DNA from: Eledone cirrhosa
Taxonomy: Eukaryota
Assembly (NCBI GenBank): GCA_964016885.1
Contig: OZ024743.1
Span: forward strand, 222,084,001 to 222,148,000
Reading direction: 5' to 3'
DNA: 64,000 nt
Made by a program: the position numbers and the translations under genes. Below, piece after piece: positions 8,377 through 19,971 of this stretch (within the stretch, counting starts at the first letter, position 1; each line of letters starts with the position of its first letter). The notes under the pieces were generated by a model. It was not told the origin of the DNA. It saw only the letters and a program-made list of their open reading frames with translations, and did no database searches.

Positions 8377-10473
8377 ATGGCTACGAAAAAGAATTTGCAT
8401 AGGTCACTCCCACTCATTCCGTCTTCTTCTTCCTCAATCGTCACTACAGCAGAGAGAAGATTGTCTCTCTCCCTCCCTTCTTTAAATGTGTCTCTCTCCC
8501 TCCCTTCTCTTTCGCAAGTGACGAAAGAAAAGAAAAGTCTCGTGCAAAGCGTGCAAGGTTTCTCCACGACGACGACGACAGCGACGAAACAGGTGTGCGG
8601 GAAATACGAAAACCCAGTTCATTCGTCTGACGTCAGGAATAATAGCAGTAGCAGCCGTAATAACAACAGCAACAGTGACAATGAAAACAACAGTAGCAGC
8701 CGCAACAGCATCACCAGCAGCATAAACAACAACAGCATTAGCAGCAGCAACACCAACAACAACCACAGCAACAGCGGCGGAGGCAGTAGTCGTAGTACCT
8801 GCAGCAACAACAAAAGTACCAGCAGCTCTGACGACAACAACAACAGCAGAGAAAAACCAATCTCATTTGCAGGTATTGCGAAAAACTTGGAAACAATCCT
8901 CATAACAAATGAGGAATTAGAGGAAGCGAAGAAGATGGTGACAAACAACGGACACCGAGCAATCTGCAAGGCAGCGAAAAATTTTTTCGAAACCCAAGAG
9001 CACTGTACGGTCACGTACCGTACAGTAAGTACAAAATCCCGTAGGGTGGAAAGAGCCACAGAGGCCCAAATACAAAAAGCCTTGGGGTCTGTGTGGCAGC
9101 GGAAATCGCACATCACCCGAGGCAAAAAATATGCCACCGTAGACGTACTTTTTGCCACACCCCAGGAGGCAAAGGCCCAATCAGTAGTGACCCTAAGGAG
9201 CGAGGAAATGGTGTTGGTGCCCTCCTACTGTGGGCAAAAAATTGTGAGGGTCAAACTGACCCACGTCCCCCCCGGAATGACCCCTTCTTGGCTGGCCGCG
9301 TCTGTCCTCGTCGGAATCGAGGACAAAAGAACTGTACTGCAAGTACAGAAAAAAGTAAGAGAAGATTGGGTCGGCTCCTCCATTGAGATGCTAATCCAAA
9401 CCAACCAGGAGTGCATCGAAGCTATCCCGGATGTGATAGACTTCGATAACGGCACTCAACTGCCCATAAGTGTTGAGGGCAAACGCCCGAAATGCTTTCG
9501 CTGTGGATCGAAGACTCACCTCAGGGCCTTCTGCAACGAGAAGACCCTGAGAAAGGAGAAAACCCCCCTCCTTCCGAATCCGGCTCCACGGCTACCAGCA
9601 ACAGGACAAGCGGCAACCAGGAACGATAGGTCCGTGGCACCCATACCCACTCCACGGAAATCAAAGACAGCAGCAGCAGTGGAAATATTAACAACAACAA
9701 CAGCAATACCAAATGCAGCTGCAACAGAGACTCCAGTGCAAACATCACCAACAACAACAAGTGAAAGAGTGGAGCTGGTACCCCTCCCCGACCTTACAGA
9801 ATCAGACATGGAGTGTGAGGTGGGAGAGGGATGGCAAAAGGTCGTAAGAAGGCACAAACGCAGAAGCAGCGCATCGTCGCCTTTGAAAAGGGAGGAAAGA
9901 AATGAGAAAAGGGTAAAGTCTACTGCAAAGAGACCCACAGCAGCAACACCACCAACACCATCACCACCCACACCAGCACCACCATCAGCACCGGCGACAA
10001 CCCCACCGCCAACAACACCTTCAACACCACCACCACAAGCACCAACATCGCAAACACAACAACAAAACACACACACCCAGCAACAACGACAAGAAAATAG
10101 CAGAACCACACCCCACCCCCAGAAAAACAAATGCACGGCAATAAATACACACAACAAGAAACTAATGACTTACATAATTGAACACACAGACATTTCACAA
10201 CAGGACTACATAATACCAGCACCAATCAAAACGCCAACTAACATAAGACTGCTAAAAATAGCACAGAAACAATACACAAACATTAAAACGAAATTCCCCA
10301 ACGCAGTTGGTGATTTCAGGGACCTAGGAGGAACCATCAATCGAAGAGTATACTCAGACATTCTCTTAGAAGAGCCGACGACCAGCCGAAGGGACGATTC
10401 AACGGTCCCTTCACCAGACGATCAAGTGAAAAGGGATGTAAAAACCATCCCTCCTCTACCAAAAGTACGGTAA
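8377..10473 (+). CDS. ORF1 gag-like protein (698 aa)
   Basis: Ser/Asn-rich N-terminus, globular core, C-x2-C-x4-H-x4-C knuckle, basic NLS-like patch, Pro/Thr-rich tail; located upstream of ORF2. Confidence 0.9.
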   Translation: MATKKNLHRSLPLIPSSSSSIVTTAERRLSLSLPSLNVSLSLPSLSQVTKEKKSLVQSVQGFSTTTTTATKQVCGKYENPVHSSDVRNNSSSSRNNNSNSDNENNSSSRNSITSSINNNSISSSNTNNNHSNSGGGSSRSTCSNNKSTSSSDDNNNSREKPISFAGIAKNLETILITNEELEEAKKMVTNNGHRAICKAAKNFFETQEHCTVTYRTVSTKSRRVERATEAQIQKALGSVWQRKSHITRGKKYATVDVLFATPQEAKAQSVVTLRSEEMVLVPSYCGQKIVRVKLTHVPPGMTPSWLAASVLVGIEDKRTVLQVQKKVREDWVGSSIEMLIQTNQECIEAIPDVIDFDNGTQLPISVEGKRPKCFRCGSKTHLRAFCNEKTLRKEKTPLLPNPAPRLPATGQAATRNDRSVAPIPTPRKSKTAAAVEILTTTTAIPNAAATETPVQTSPTTTSERVELVPLPDLTESDMECEVGEGWQKVVRRHKRRSSASSPLKREERNEKRVKSTAKRPTAATPPTPSPPTPAPPSAPATTPPPTTPSTPPPQAPTSQTQQQNTHTQQQRQENSRTTPHPQKNKCTAINTHNKKLMTYIIEHTDISQQDYIIPAPIKTPTNIRLLKIAQKQYTNIKTKFPNAVGDFRDLGGTINRRVYSDILLEEPTTSRRDDSTVPSPDDQVKRDVKTIPPLPKVR

Positions 10474-10508
10474 GTGGTCTTTCCCATCTTTTCCACTCTA
10501 TTTTAAAC

Positions 10509-13500
10509 ATGACCTCACTCAGAATAGGCAGCATAAATGCGCGTGGCTTGGGGTCGTCATGGAAGCAGGGTCACCTGCTCAACGACCTCAGGTCACTAAA
10601 CATAGATGTAGTGGCCATCAGCGAGACCAGAATCTCCGAAGCACGGGCCTTCGCACCGATCTTCGGCGGCTACGATGTGTACGCATCTCCCAGCCGTCCT
10701 GGATCGGGTGGAGGAGTTGCTGTGCTTTTTCGGAGAGGTTTGGATCTCGCCATACGGGCCATCTTCCTGGACCCAGAGGGTAAGCTGGTGGTGCTGGACG
10801 TAACCAGCGGAGACGGGCAAGCTTTCAGGCTAGTGGCCGTCTATGCCCCGACAGGAGCAGGGCGGCCTGATTTCTTCCGGCGTCTGGAGACCTTTCTTGG
10901 AACGTCCCGCTCTTTAGTGTTAGTGGGCGACTGGAACGGGATCTTAGATGCACGCTGGGACTGTGTGGGATTAGCGGATAGGGGTGGAGGGTGCAAGAGC
11001 CTCACCAACCTGCTCAGGCGTTTTGAACTGTCTGACAGGTACCGATTGGATTTCCCGAATGTGCCAATGTGGACTTGGACAAACCGCATAGGGTCATCCA
11101 GATCATATCTAGATAGAGTATTTTGTAGGGAAATAGATAGGTCTAGCATAGGCTGTCCACAATTCAAGATAGTCAGCTACACGGACCACAAATTCGTGAC
11201 CTGTGTGCTTGACTTAGATAGGCTTCATAGACGAGGACCCGGCTACTGGAAGCTAAACGTGTCCTTACCAGCGCGCAAGGCCTACAGAGACCGGATTAGC
11301 GAACTAGTTAAGCGGGCGTTGACGGGGGCCATCGTCAACAACAAGTGGTGGTTTGCTCTGAAAAGAGCGATTAGAATAGAATCGATTAGGTTTAGTAAGG
11401 CTTTAGCAATAGAGAAAAATAGAGCAGAGGGAGAACTAGTTAGAAAATTAGACGAGGCGCTTAGCAAAGGCATTGCGACCGACGTGCTTGCGGCGAAATT
11501 GGCCCTTGACCAATTCTTCAATGCAAAGCACGAAGGCTGCGTTGTCAGAGCTAGGGTGCGTGCTCTCAGACACGAGGGGACGAAAGCCGTTCAATGGGCC
11601 CGAGTGGCGGAGGCGCGTCGTGGCAACAAAGCCACGATCCGGTCTTTGGTGGACCACGACGGGCGCATGCTACTCGATCCCGGGCAAATGTGTGAAGCTT
11701 TTCAGCGACACTTCGCTCAGCTGTTCGGGGGCAGCGGGGGGCCGGGTAGAGGGATGCACTTTAGTGTCTACCTCGACGGACTGCCGCGGCTCTCGGCCAC
11801 TGAGGCGAAGTGTTGCGAAAAGCCGATAACAGCCGCTGAAGTACGGGAGGCAATGACTGGCTGCACAAGGGGTAAATCGCCTGGTTTGGATGGTCTGCCC
11901 TATGAACTTTACGTACAGATGCCAGACTTGTTCGGAGGCCTCTTGGCGGACGTCTACTGCAACTGGCAACAGAACGGGAGAATTCCCAGTTCTGTGAGCC
12001 GAGGAGCGGTGGCACTGCTGAGAAAGGATCCGAACAAGGGGGATAACATAGACAATTTCCGGCCCATAACTCTGCTAAACACAGAGTTTAAGATTTTGGC
12101 CAAGGTGCTAGCAAAGAGGTTGGCGCTTGTCGTTGGTGGTCTGGTGGGAGAGGCGCAGACATGCGCCATTCCCGACAGATCCATCCACGACAACCTCCAC
12201 CTCATGCGATACATCGTAGAGAGGGTAGCTAGGGAACCTGGCACGGGTGGGTCCTTGATCAATTTAGATCAGTCGAAAGCTTTCGATAGGGTCGACCATC
12301 GTTACCTAGCGGCAGTCCTGAGGGCGGCTGGCTTTGGGCCCGTCTTCAGAGGCTGGATCGCTGCCATGCACAGCGACATCTGCTCTGTGGTGAGAGTGAA
12401 CGGTCACCTGTCGGAACCGTTCAACATCATGCGCTCGGTCCGCCAAGGATGTCCCCTCTCGTCCCTCTTGTACGTATTGACTCTCGAGCCATTACTGCAC
12501 AAACTGGAGACGTTGAGGGGAGTCCCGCGCGAACTAGGATGCGGAAGATCCGTGTCAGCATATGCGGACGATGTCACCGTAGTGGTGTCGAACGCCAAAC
12601 ACATCGAGGCGATCGGCACTACACTAAGAGAATACGAAGCGGTTACAGGAGCAATGATCAACCAGGAAAAGTCAGTGGGCCTGCAGCTCGGCACCTGGAG
12701 AGGCAGGTCCATGCCGTCCAACAGCGTCGTCGGGCGCTGGACGGACGGACCGGTTAAATTGCTAGGGGTCTGGTTCGGTCCGGACCTCCAGACGGACAAA
12801 AACTGGGACGAGGTGACGAGCAGGGTGGCTTCTCTCACCCAGAAATGGGCGGAGAGGAAGCTATCCCTGAAAGGTCGAGCGGAGGTGGCTAACGCGTACA
12901 TCGCGTCTGTCATCTGCTACCGCCTAACCGTCGTACCTTGTCCTAAGCCTCGCCTGACTGCGCTGGAGCGTTTGCTCTTTCGCTTTTTGTGGAAGGGACG
13001 TGCTCCGATGGTCAGGCGGTCCATCTGTTGTCAACACCCGCTACGTGGAGGGCTGGGCATGCCGTGGCTGATGATGCGCAGGCACGCGCTCAGGCTACGA
13101 CATCTCCACCTCTTCCTCGACGGTGATCAGGTGTGGTCGCCGTTTGCTAGACGCGTTTTTCCCCAGCTCGTTTCCTTGACGGAGCTGCAGTCCTGGGTCA
13201 AGCGAAGACCGAGAGGGAGCGCCTGGAGACTGGAATGTCTTCAGGCGCTCACAGCCCTCAACCAATCGGGCAATGTGATCGGTGGAAACTCCACCTCGGC
13301 GTTCTATAGAGGATTAGTGGAGGGGAAGAGCGACGACGTACTTGGGGAAACTCTAGGCGTCGACGAAAATCAACTAGCCAATCTCTTCGGAAGAACTTTC
13401 GGGCCAGGGCCTATGGACAACTTCCAGAAATCTCTGGCCTGGCAGTGCTACCGAGGAGCCTTGCCAGTTCGGGATAAACTCTACAGGCATGGAGGTGCCG

Positions 13501-13928
13501 TCAGCCGGGCATGTCCGAGATGCGCGCAGGGCGACGAAACCGTCCTGCACGCACTCGTCCAGTGTCCGAAAATTGCTGACTTGTGGGTTTATGTCGAACA
13601 CCTGCTGTCGCGTTTAGGACGGATCCGGCTATCATCTGAGTCCATCGTGAGGATTGCTCCGCCCTCCTCCTTTAGCCGGGAAGGGCAGGCAGTTTTTATC
13701 TGCCTGGTGGCCATGGTGAAAGAGATAGTATGGTGGACACGTTTGAAAGGGCTGAAGACGAGCACTTACCTCTTCGGTGATGCTCTCATTGACTTTTTCA
13801 AATTTCATTTGAAAAGGAAAATCAGAGTAGAGAGGGAAGTGCTCTCTTCCCAGCATTTTGTTGAAAGATGGGTGAGAGAAGCAAGAATGGCCCGAGTGAA
13901 TGGGCCGACTCTGAGTATATATCTGTAA
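10509..13928 (+). CDS. ORF2 APE-RT-zinc finger (1139 aa)
   Basis: Same motifs as copy A; intact. Confidence 0.96.
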   Translation: MTSLRIGSINARGLGSSWKQGHLLNDLRSLNIDVVAISETRISEARAFAPIFGGYDVYASPSRPGSGGGVAVLFRRGLDLAIRAIFLDPEGKLVVLDVTSGDGQAFRLVAVYAPTGAGRPDFFRRLETFLGTSRSLVLVGDWNGILDARWDCVGLADRGGGCKSLTNLLRRFELSDRYRLDFPNVPMWTWTNRIGSSRSYLDRVFCREIDRSSIGCPQFKIVSYTDHKFVTCVLDLDRLHRRGPGYWKLNVSLPARKAYRDRISELVKRALTGAIVNNKWWFALKRAIRIESIRFSKALAIEKNRAEGELVRKLDEALSKGIATDVLAAKLALDQFFNAKHEGCVVRARVRALRHEGTKAVQWARVAEARRGNKATIRSLVDHDGRMLLDPGQMCEAFQRHFAQLFGGSGGPGRGMHFSVYLDGLPRLSATEAKCCEKPITAAEVREAMTGCTRGKSPGLDGLPYELYVQMPDLFGGLLADVYCNWQQNGRIPSSVSRGAVALLRKDPNKGDNIDNFRPITLLNTEFKILAKVLAKRLALVVGGLVGEAQTCAIPDRSIHDNLHLMRYIVERVAREPGTGGSLINLDQSKAFDRVDHRYLAAVLRAAGFGPVFRGWIAAMHSDICSVVRVNGHLSEPFNIMRSVRQGCPLSSLLYVLTLEPLLHKLETLRGVPRELGCGRSVSAYADDVTVVVSNAKHIEAIGTTLREYEAVTGAMINQEKSVGLQLGTWRGRSMPSNSVVGRWTDGPVKLLGVWFGPDLQTDKNWDEVTSRVASLTQKWAERKLSLKGRAEVANAYIASVICYRLTVVPCPKPRLTALERLLFRFLWKGRAPMVRRSICCQHPLRGGLGMPWLMMRRHALRLRHLHLFLDGDQVWSPFARRVFPQLVSLTELQSWVKRRPRGSAWRLECLQALTALNQSGNVIGGNSTSAFYRGLVEGKSDDVLGETLGVDENQLANLFGRTFGPGPMDNFQKSLAWQCYRGALPVRDKLYRHGGAVSRACPRCAQGDETVLHALVQCPKIADLWVYVEHLLSRLGRIRLSSESIVRIAPPSSFSREGQAVFICLVAMVKEIVWWTRLKGLKTSTYLFGDALIDFFKFHLKRKIRVEREVLSSQHFVERWVREARMARVNGPTLSIYL

Positions 13929-14428
13929 ACTAAAGGTGGAAAACTGGGAGAGGGCACTTGCCTTGGTGGTCAGGGTCATTGTGGCTTTTTACTGGGCTTT
14001 CTCCACAAATGTCCCTCCGAAGTCTCCCCCCTATTGGGGAATTTTTCATTGTTATTTTCATTGTTATTTTTGTTACATCCTCTGTTTTTGTTTTTTTTAC
14101 ACGCAGAAATGCCCATTTGTACCGTCCTGCATTGTCCTGCACTGTCCTTAATGTCTACTTTATGTAAACCCTTGTGGTTAATAAAGAAATCATTATTATT
14201 ATTATTATTATTGAATGCCATGGTTGACGGAGGCTCGGCTCTGTAAGGTATAGTAATTTTTAACCGTTAAAACAATTGTAAATTGTTTAAAACTTGAACC
14301 AAATTGTTGATAAAGACACCCTCCTCCTCGTGAGAGGGGTCTTTCTCTCCGTTATTTGGCCCTTCGGGGTTAAATAACCAGTTATTGGGGTTTTGTACCC
14401 AAAATTTCATTTTAAACAAAAAAACAAC

Positions 14429-16516
14429 ATGGCTACGAAAAAGAAATTCCATACGTCACTCCCACTCATTCCGTCTTCTTCTTCCTCAATCATCACTACA
14501 GCAGAGAGAAGATTGTCTCTCTCCCTCCCTTCTTTAAATGTGTCTCTCTCCCTCCCTTCTCTTTCGCAAGTGACGAAAGAAAAGAAAAGTCTCGTGCAAA
14601 GCGTGCAAGGTTTCTCCACGACGACAGCGACGAAACAGGTGTGCGGGAAATACGAAAACCCAGTTCATTCGTCTGACGTCAGGAATAATAGCAGTAGCAG
14701 CCGTAATAACAACAGCAACAGTGACAATGAAAACAACAGTAGCAGCCGCAACAGCATCACCAGCAGCATAAACAACAACAGCATTAGCAGCAGCAACACC
14801 AACAACAACCACAGCAACAGCGGCGGAGGCAGTAGTCGTAGTACCTGCAGCAACAAAAGTACCAGCAGCTCTGACGACAACAACAACAGCAGAGAAAAAC
14901 CAATCTCATTTGCAGGTATTGCGAAAAACTTGGAAACAATCCTCATAACAAATGAGGAATTAGAGGAAGCGAAGAAGATGGTGACAAAGAACGGACACCG
15001 AGCAATCTGCAAGGCAGCGAAAAATTTTTTCGAAACCCAAGAGCACTGTACGGTCACGTACCGTACAGTAAGTACAAAATCCCGTAGGGTGGAAAGAGCC
15101 ACAGAGGCCCAAATACAAAAAGCCTTGGGGTCTGTGTGGCAGAGGAAAACGCACATCACCCGAGGCAAAAAATACGCCACCGTAGACGTACTTTTTGCCA
15201 CACCCCAGGAGGCAAAGGCCCAATCAGTAGTGACCCTAAGGAGCGAGGAAATGGTGTTGGTGCCCTCCTACTGCGGGCAAAAAATTGTGAGGGTCAAACT
15301 GACCCACGTCCCCCCCGGAATGACCCCTTCTTGGCTGGCCGCGTCTGTCCTCGTCGGAATCGAGGACAAAAGAACTGTACTGCAAGTACAGAAAAAAGTA
15401 AGAGAAGATTGGGTCGGCTCCTCCATTGAGATGCTAATCCAAACCAACCAGGAGTGCATCGAAGCTATCCCGGATGTGATAGACTTCGATAACGGCACTC
15501 AACTGCCCATAAGTGTTGAGGGCAAACGCCCGAAATGCTTTCGCTGTGGATCGAAGACTCACCTCAGGGCCTTCTGCAACGAGAAGACCCTGAGAAAGGA
15601 GAAAACCCCCCTCCTTCCGAATCCGGCTCCACGGCTACCAGCAACAGGACAAGCGGCAACCAGGAACGATAGGTCCGTGGCACCCATACCCACTCCACGG
15701 AAATCAAAGACAGCAGCAGCAGTGGAAATATTAACAACAACAACAGCAATACCAAATGCAGCTGCAACAGAGACTCCAGTGCAAACATCACCAACAACAA
15801 CAAGTGAAAGAGTGGAGCTGGTACCCCTCCCCGACCTTACAGAATCAGACATGGAGTGTGAGGTGGGAGAGGGATGGCAAAAGGTCGCAAGAAGGCACAA
15901 ACGCAGAAGCAGCGCATCGTCGCCTTTGAAAAGGGAGGAAAGAAATGAGAAAAGGGTAAAGTCTACTGCAAAGAGACCCACAGCAGCAACAACACCAACA
16001 CCATCACCACCCACACTAGCGCCACCATCACCACCGGCGACAACCCCACCGCCAACAACACCTTCAACACCACCACCACAAGCACCAACATCGCAAACAC
16101 AACAACAAAACACACACACCCAGCAACAACGACAAGAAAATAGCAGAACCACACCCCACCCCCAGAAAAACAAATGCACGGCAATAAATACACACAACAA
16201 GAAACTAATGACTTACATAATTGAACACACAGACATTTCACAACAGGACTACATAATACCAGCACCAATCAAAACGCCAACTAACATAAGACTGCTAAAA
16301 ATAGCACAGAAACAATACACAAACATTAAAACGAAATTCCCCAACGCAGTTGGTGATTTCAGGGACCTAGGAGGAACCATCAATCGAAGAGTATACTCAG
16401 ACATTCTCTTAGAAGAGCCGACGACCAGCCGAAGGGACGATTCAACGGTCCCTTCACCAGACGATCAAGTGAAAAGGGATGTAAAAACCATCCCTCCTCT
16501 ACCAAAAGTACGGTAA
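14429..16516 (+). CDS. ORF1 gag-like protein (695 aa from the conserved ATG)
   Basis: ATG in the aacATGGCT context shared by the copies; knuckle intact. Confidence 0.9.
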   Translation: MATKKKFHTSLPLIPSSSSSIITTAERRLSLSLPSLNVSLSLPSLSQVTKEKKSLVQSVQGFSTTTATKQVCGKYENPVHSSDVRNNSSSSRNNNSNSDNENNSSSRNSITSSINNNSISSSNTNNNHSNSGGGSSRSTCSNKSTSSSDDNNNSREKPISFAGIAKNLETILITNEELEEAKKMVTKNGHRAICKAAKNFFETQEHCTVTYRTVSTKSRRVERATEAQIQKALGSVWQRKTHITRGKKYATVDVLFATPQEAKAQSVVTLRSEEMVLVPSYCGQKIVRVKLTHVPPGMTPSWLAASVLVGIEDKRTVLQVQKKVREDWVGSSIEMLIQTNQECIEAIPDVIDFDNGTQLPISVEGKRPKCFRCGSKTHLRAFCNEKTLRKEKTPLLPNPAPRLPATGQAATRNDRSVAPIPTPRKSKTAAAVEILTTTTAIPNAAATETPVQTSPTTTSERVELVPLPDLTESDMECEVGEGWQKVARRHKRRSSASSPLKREERNEKRVKSTAKRPTAATTPTPSPPTLAPPSPPATTPPPTTPSTPPPQAPTSQTQQQNTHTQQQRQENSRTTPHPQKNKCTAINTHNKKLMTYIIEHTDISQQDYIIPAPIKTPTNIRLLKIAQKQYTNIKTKFPNAVGDFRDLGGTINRRVYSDILLEEPTTSRRDDSTVPSPDDQVKRDVKTIPPLPKVR

Positions 16517-16551
16517 GTGGTCTTTCCCATCTTTTCCACTCTATTTTAAAC

Positions 16552-19500
16552 ATGACCTCACTCAGAATAGGCAGCATAAATGCGCGTGGCTTGGGGTCGT
16601 CATGGAAGCAGGGTCACCTGCTCAACGACCTCAGGTCACTAAACATAGATGTAGTGGCCATCAGCGAGACCAGAATCTCCGAAGCACGGGCCTTCGCACC
16701 GATCTTCGGCGGCTACGATGTGTACGCATCTCCCAGCCGTCCTGGATCGGGTGGAGGAGTTGCTGTGCTTTTTCGGAGAGGTTTGGATCTCGCCATACGG
16801 GCCATCTTCCTGGACCCAGAGGGTAAGCTGGTGGTGCTGGACGTGACCAGCGGAGACGGGCAAGCTTTCAGGCTAGTGGCCGTCTATGCCCCGACAGGAG
16901 CAGGGCGGCCTGATTTCTTCCGGCGTCTGGAGACCTTTCTTGGAACGTCCCGCTCTTTAGTGTTAGTGGGCGACTGGAACGGGATCTTAGATGCACGCTG
17001 GGACTGTGTGGGATTAGCGGATAGGGGTGGAGGGTGCAAGAGCCTCACCAACCTGCTCAGGCGTTTTGAACTGTCTGACAGGTACCGATTGGATTTCCCG
17101 AATGTGCCAATGTGGACTTGGACAAACCGCATAGGGTCATCCAGATCATATCTAGATAGAGTATTTTGTAGGGAAATAGATAGGTCTAGCATAGGCTGTC
17201 CACAATTCAAGATAGTCAGCTACACGGACCACAAATTCGTGACCTGTGTGCTTGACTTAGATAGGCTTCATAGACGAGGACCCGGCTACTGGAAGCTAAA
17301 CGCGTCCTTACCAGCGCGCAAGGCCTACAGAGACCGGATTAGCGAACTAGTTAAGCGGGCGTTGACGGGGGCCATCGTCAACAACAAGTGGTGGTTTGCT
17401 CTGAAAAGAGCGATTAGAATAGAATCGATTAGGTTTAGTAAGGCTTTAGCAATAGAGAAAAATAGAGCAGAGGGAGAACTAGTTAGAAAATTAGACGAGG
17501 CGCTTAGCAAAGGCATTGCGACCGACGTGCTTGCGGCGAAATTGGCCCTTGACCAATTCTTCAATGCAAAGCACGAAGGCTGCGTTGTCAGAGCTAGGGT
17601 GCGTGCTCTCAGACACGAGGGGACGAAAGCCGTTCAATGGGCCCGAGTGGCGGAGGCGCGTCGTGGCAACAAAGCCACGATCCGGTCTTTGGTGGACCAC
17701 GACGGGCGCATGCTACTCGATCCCGGGCAAATGTGTGAAGCTTTTCAGCGACACTTCGCTCAGCTGTTCGGGGGCAGCGGGGGGCCGGGTAGAGGGATGG
17801 ACTTTAGTGTCTACCTCGACGGACTGCCGCGGCTCTCGGCCACTGAGGCGAGGTGTTGCGAAAAGCCGATAACAGCCGCTGAAGTACGGGAGGCAATGAC
17901 TGGCTGCAAAAGGGGTAAATCGCCTGGTTTGGATGGTCTGCCCTATGAACTTTACGTACAGATGCCAGACTTGTTCGGAGGCCTCTTGGCGGACGTCTAC
18001 TGCAACTGGCAACAGAACGGGAGAATTCCCAGTTCTGTGAGCCGAGGAGCGGTGGCACTGCTGAGAAAGGATCCGAACAAGGGGGATAACATAGACAATT
18101 TCCGGCCCATAACTCTGCTAAACACAGAGTTTAAGATTTTGGCCAAGGTGCTAGCAAAGAGGTTGGCGCTTGTCGTTGGTGGTCTGGTGGGAGAGGCGCA
18201 GACATGCGCCATTCCCGACAGATCCATCCACGACAACCTCCACCTCATGCGCTACATCGTAGAGAGGGTAGCTAGGGAACCTGGCACGGGTGGGTCCTTG
18301 ATCAATTTAGATCAGTCGAAAGCTTTCGATAGGGTCGACCATCGTTACCTAGCGGCAGTCCTGAGGGCGGCTGGCTTTGGGCCCGTCTTCAGAGGCTGGA
18401 TCGCTGCCATGCACAGCGACATCTGCTCTGTGGTGAGAGTGAACGGTCACCTGTCGGAACCGTTCAACATCATGCGCTCGGTCCGCCAAGGATGTCCCCT
18501 CTCGTCCCTCTTGTACGTATTGACTCTCGAGCCATTACTGCACAAACTGGAGACGTTGAGGGGAGTCCCGCGCGAACTAGGATGCGGAAGATCCGTGTCA
18601 GCATATGCGGACGATGTCACCGTAGTGGTGTCGAACGCCAAACACATCGAGGCGATCGGCACTACACTAAGAGAATACGAAGCGGTGACAGGAGCAATGA
18701 TCAACCAGGAAAAGTCAGTGGGCCTGCAGCTCGGCACCTGGAGAGGCAGGTCCATGCCGTCCAACAGCGTCGCCGGGCGCTGGACGGACGGACCGGTTAA
18801 ATTGCTAGGGGTCTGGTTCGGTCCGGACCTCCAGACGGACAAAAACTGGGACGAGGTGACGAGCAGGGTGGCTTCTCTCACCCAGAAATGGGCGGAGAGG
18901 AAGCTATCCCTGAAAGGTCGAGCGGAGGTGGCTAACGCGTACATCGCGTCTGTCATCTGCTACCGCCTAACCGTCGTACCTTGTCCTAAGCCTCGCCTGA
19001 CTGCGCTGGAGCGTTTGCTCTTTCGCTTTTTGTGGAAGGGACGTGCTCCGATGGTCAGGCGGTCCATCTGTTGTCAACACCCGCTACGTGGAGGGCTGGG
19101 CATGCCGTGGCTGATGATGCGCAGGCACGCGCTCAGGCTACGACATCTCCACCTCTTCCTCGACGGTGATCAGGTGTGGTCGCCGTTTGCTAGACGCGTT
19201 TTTCCCCAGCTCGTTTCCTTGACGGAGCTGCAGTCCTGGGTCAAGCGAAGACCGAGAGGGAGCGCCTGGAGACTGGAATGTCTTCAGGCGCTCACAGCCC
19301 TCGACCAATCGGGCAATGTGATCGGTGGAAACTCCACCTCGGCGTTCTATAGAGGATTAGTGGAGGGGAAGAGCGACGACGTACTTGGGGAAACTCTAGG
19401 CGTCGACGAAAATCAACTAGCCAATCTCTTCGGAAGAACTTTCGGGCCAGGGCCTATGGACAACTTCCAGAAATCTCTGGCCTGGCAGTGCTACCGAGGA

Positions 19501-19971
19501 GCCTTGCCAGTTCGGGATAAACTCTACAGGCATGGAGGTGCCGTCAGCCGGGCATGTCCGAGATGCGCGCAGGGCGACGAAACCGTCCTGCATGCACTCG
19601 TCCAGTGTCCGAAAATTGCTGACTTGTGGGTTTATGTCGAACACCTGCTGTCGCGTTTAGGACGGATCCAGCTATCATCTGAGTCTATCGTGAGGATTGC
19701 CCCGCCCTCCTCCTTTAGCCGGGAAGGGCAGGCAGTTTTTATCTGTCTGGTGGCCATGGCGAAAGAGATAGTATGGTGGACACGTTTGAAAGGGCTTAAG
19801 ACGAGCACTTACCTCTTCGGTGATGCTCTGATTGACTTTTTCAAATTTCATTTGAAAAGGAAAATCAGAGTAGAGAGGGAAGTGCTCTCTTCCCAGCATT
19901 TTGTTGAAAGATGGGTGAGAGAAGCAAGAATGGCCCGAGTGAATGGGCCTACTCTGAGCATATATCTGTAA
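16552..19971 (+). CDS. ORF2 APE-RT-zinc finger (1139 aa)
   Basis: Intact, all motifs present. Confidence 0.96.
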   Translation: MTSLRIGSINARGLGSSWKQGHLLNDLRSLNIDVVAISETRISEARAFAPIFGGYDVYASPSRPGSGGGVAVLFRRGLDLAIRAIFLDPEGKLVVLDVTSGDGQAFRLVAVYAPTGAGRPDFFRRLETFLGTSRSLVLVGDWNGILDARWDCVGLADRGGGCKSLTNLLRRFELSDRYRLDFPNVPMWTWTNRIGSSRSYLDRVFCREIDRSSIGCPQFKIVSYTDHKFVTCVLDLDRLHRRGPGYWKLNASLPARKAYRDRISELVKRALTGAIVNNKWWFALKRAIRIESIRFSKALAIEKNRAEGELVRKLDEALSKGIATDVLAAKLALDQFFNAKHEGCVVRARVRALRHEGTKAVQWARVAEARRGNKATIRSLVDHDGRMLLDPGQMCEAFQRHFAQLFGGSGGPGRGMDFSVYLDGLPRLSATEARCCEKPITAAEVREAMTGCKRGKSPGLDGLPYELYVQMPDLFGGLLADVYCNWQQNGRIPSSVSRGAVALLRKDPNKGDNIDNFRPITLLNTEFKILAKVLAKRLALVVGGLVGEAQTCAIPDRSIHDNLHLMRYIVERVAREPGTGGSLINLDQSKAFDRVDHRYLAAVLRAAGFGPVFRGWIAAMHSDICSVVRVNGHLSEPFNIMRSVRQGCPLSSLLYVLTLEPLLHKLETLRGVPRELGCGRSVSAYADDVTVVVSNAKHIEAIGTTLREYEAVTGAMINQEKSVGLQLGTWRGRSMPSNSVAGRWTDGPVKLLGVWFGPDLQTDKNWDEVTSRVASLTQKWAERKLSLKGRAEVANAYIASVICYRLTVVPCPKPRLTALERLLFRFLWKGRAPMVRRSICCQHPLRGGLGMPWLMMRRHALRLRHLHLFLDGDQVWSPFARRVFPQLVSLTELQSWVKRRPRGSAWRLECLQALTALDQSGNVIGGNSTSAFYRGLVEGKSDDVLGETLGVDENQLANLFGRTFGPGPMDNFQKSLAWQCYRGALPVRDKLYRHGGAVSRACPRCAQGDETVLHALVQCPKIADLWVYVEHLLSRLGRIQLSSESIVRIAPPSSFSREGQAVFICLVAMAKEIVWWTRLKGLKTSTYLFGDALIDFFKFHLKRKIRVEREVLSSQHFVERWVREARMARVNGPTLSIYL

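Larger units (their letters stand above)
8160..14212 (+). mobile_element. Tx1-like copy B, full length, both ORFs intact (5'UTR type beta)
   Basis: Starts GAATGCTATGG; ends in (ATT)7 at 14192-14212. Confidence 0.95.

Noticed and set aside
14393-14428. Upstream extension MYPKFHF.. of ORF1 in alpha copies
   Set aside because: It starts at a non-ATG codon. The ATGGCT start shared by all ORF1 types is the likely initiator.
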